64,000 nt of DNA from Squalus acanthias (taxonomy: Eukaryota). Within the stretch, counting starts at the first letter, position 1; every line of letters begins with the position of its first letter. Where the stretch lies: NCBI GenBank assembly GCA_030390025.1, contig CM059431.1, forward strand, positions 133,240,001 to 133,304,000. Reading direction: 5' to 3'. The notes beneath the pieces were generated by a model. The model saw only the letters and a program-made list of their open reading frames with translations. It was not told the origin of the DNA and ran no database searches. This document shows positions 62,895-64,000 of this stretch, in pieces. The position numbers and the translations under genes were made by a program.

Positions 62895-64000
62895 GACCTC
62901 CTCAGAAGGCAAACACGGGACACAACCAACAGGGTACCCTACGTCGTCCAGTACTTCCCCGGAGCGGAGAAACTACGCCATGTTCTTCGCAGCCTTCAAC
63001 ATGTCATCGATGACGACAAACACCTCGCTAAGGCCATCCCCACGCCTCCACTACTTGCCTTCAAACAGCCGCCTAACCTCAGAAGTACCATCGTTCGCAG
63101 CAAATTACCCAGCTTTCAGGATAACAGCGACCACGACACCACACAACCCTGCCATGGCAAACTCTGCAAGACATGCCAGATCATCAACACAGATACCACC
63201 ATCACACGTGAGGACACTACCCACCAGGTACATGGTACATACTCATGTGACTCGGCCAACGTTGTCTACCTCATACGTTGCAGGAAAGAATGCACCGCGG
63301 CATGGTACATCGGCGAGACCATGCAGACACTGAGACAACGTATGAACGAGCACCGCGCAACAATCGCCAGGCAGGATTGTTACCTCCCAGTCGGGGAACA
63401 CTTCAGCAGTCAAGGACATTCAGCCTCGGATCTGCGGGTAAGCGTTCTCCAAGGCAACCTTAGAAACACACGACAACGCAAAATCATCGAGCAGAAACTG
63501 ACAGCCAAGTTCCGCACTCATGAAGATGGTCTCAATCGGGATCTTGGGTTTATGTCACGATACATGACGTGATCCGGACTCGAGTCGTCGTTAGCTTGTT
63601 CACAGATGTGATTCCCAGTAAAAAAGTAAAAATTTTCCCAGTAAAAAAGTAAAAATGTTAAAGCTTTTCGTTTTACATACAGACGGCAGCTTTTGACACG
63701 TTAGAACCCCTGCGACTACACCTCATTGTCTCAGTTGTATCTTGCTATGTCTTTGATGTGGTACCTTCCTGGCTGACTTAATTAACTTTATCACACCTCG
63801 GCAGATAGTCAGGATGATTTAATTTAGTGGTCTGCAATTGTAAGGTACACATGCTTTGTTTTCTATCTATATATGCTTTGGCGATTCTGTATCTAATTTA
63901 CTTCACCTGAGGAAGGAGCAATCGATAGCTCCGAAAGCTTGTGATTTCAAATAAAACTGTTGGACTATAACCTGGTGTTGTGCGACCTCTCAATTTTAAC
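62895..64000 (+). mobile_element. Penelope-like element (Neptune-type) 3' portion with GIY-YIG endonuclease
   Basis: Open frame 62895-63572: PYVVQYFPG, FKQPPNLRSTIVRSKL, CHGKLCKTC, SCDSANVVYLIRC...WYIGETMQTLRQRMNEHR...VGEHF...GLN. Confidence 0.93.
63903..63944 (+). ncRNA. Minimal type I hammerhead ribozyme motif
   Basis: tcac-CTGAGGA(63907-63913)-a-ggagc(aatcgata)gctcc-GAAA(63933-63936)-gctt-gtga. Confidence 0.72.

Noticed and set aside
53802..64000. Preceding ABCC4 exon (GRILNRFSKD...)
   Set aside because: Not found by eye on the minus strand; probably beyond the window. Likewise the following exon (DPVLF...) was not found in 1-1565.

Overview
Vertebrate genomic DNA, almost certainly from a shark or other cartilaginous fish (inferred from dominant HER1/CR1 LINEs, an HE1-type V-SINE and SacSINE1-type DeuSINEs; the species cannot be determined). 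The whole window lies inside an ABCC4/MRP4-type ABC transporter gene on the minus strand. Six coding exons (151, 120, 111, 101, 192, 156 bp) splice in frame into 277 codons covering late TMD2 and the start of NBD2. The introns are heavily filled with nested transposons: many CR1 copies (one young and nearly intact), an L2, a second jockey-group LINE, four decayed PIF/Harbinger elements plus their MITEs, pogo/Tigger-like and hAT MITEs, and Penelope-like elements. Two items stand out. First, the 3' end of an LTR retroelement (about 20992-22976) has an envelope with the cysteine spacing and heptad/TM layout of pneumo-/paramyxovirus F proteins, i.e. a lokiretrovirus-like remnant; it is split by a MITE whose removal restores the frame and is followed by a PPT and a complete 555-bp LTR. 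Second, two Penelope-like ends carry minimal, probably dimer-dependent hammerhead ribozyme motifs. An unexplained ~146-bp element occurs twice in one intron. Repeat boundaries were read by eye (typically +/-10-30 bp), and family assignments come from recalled motifs, not database searches.
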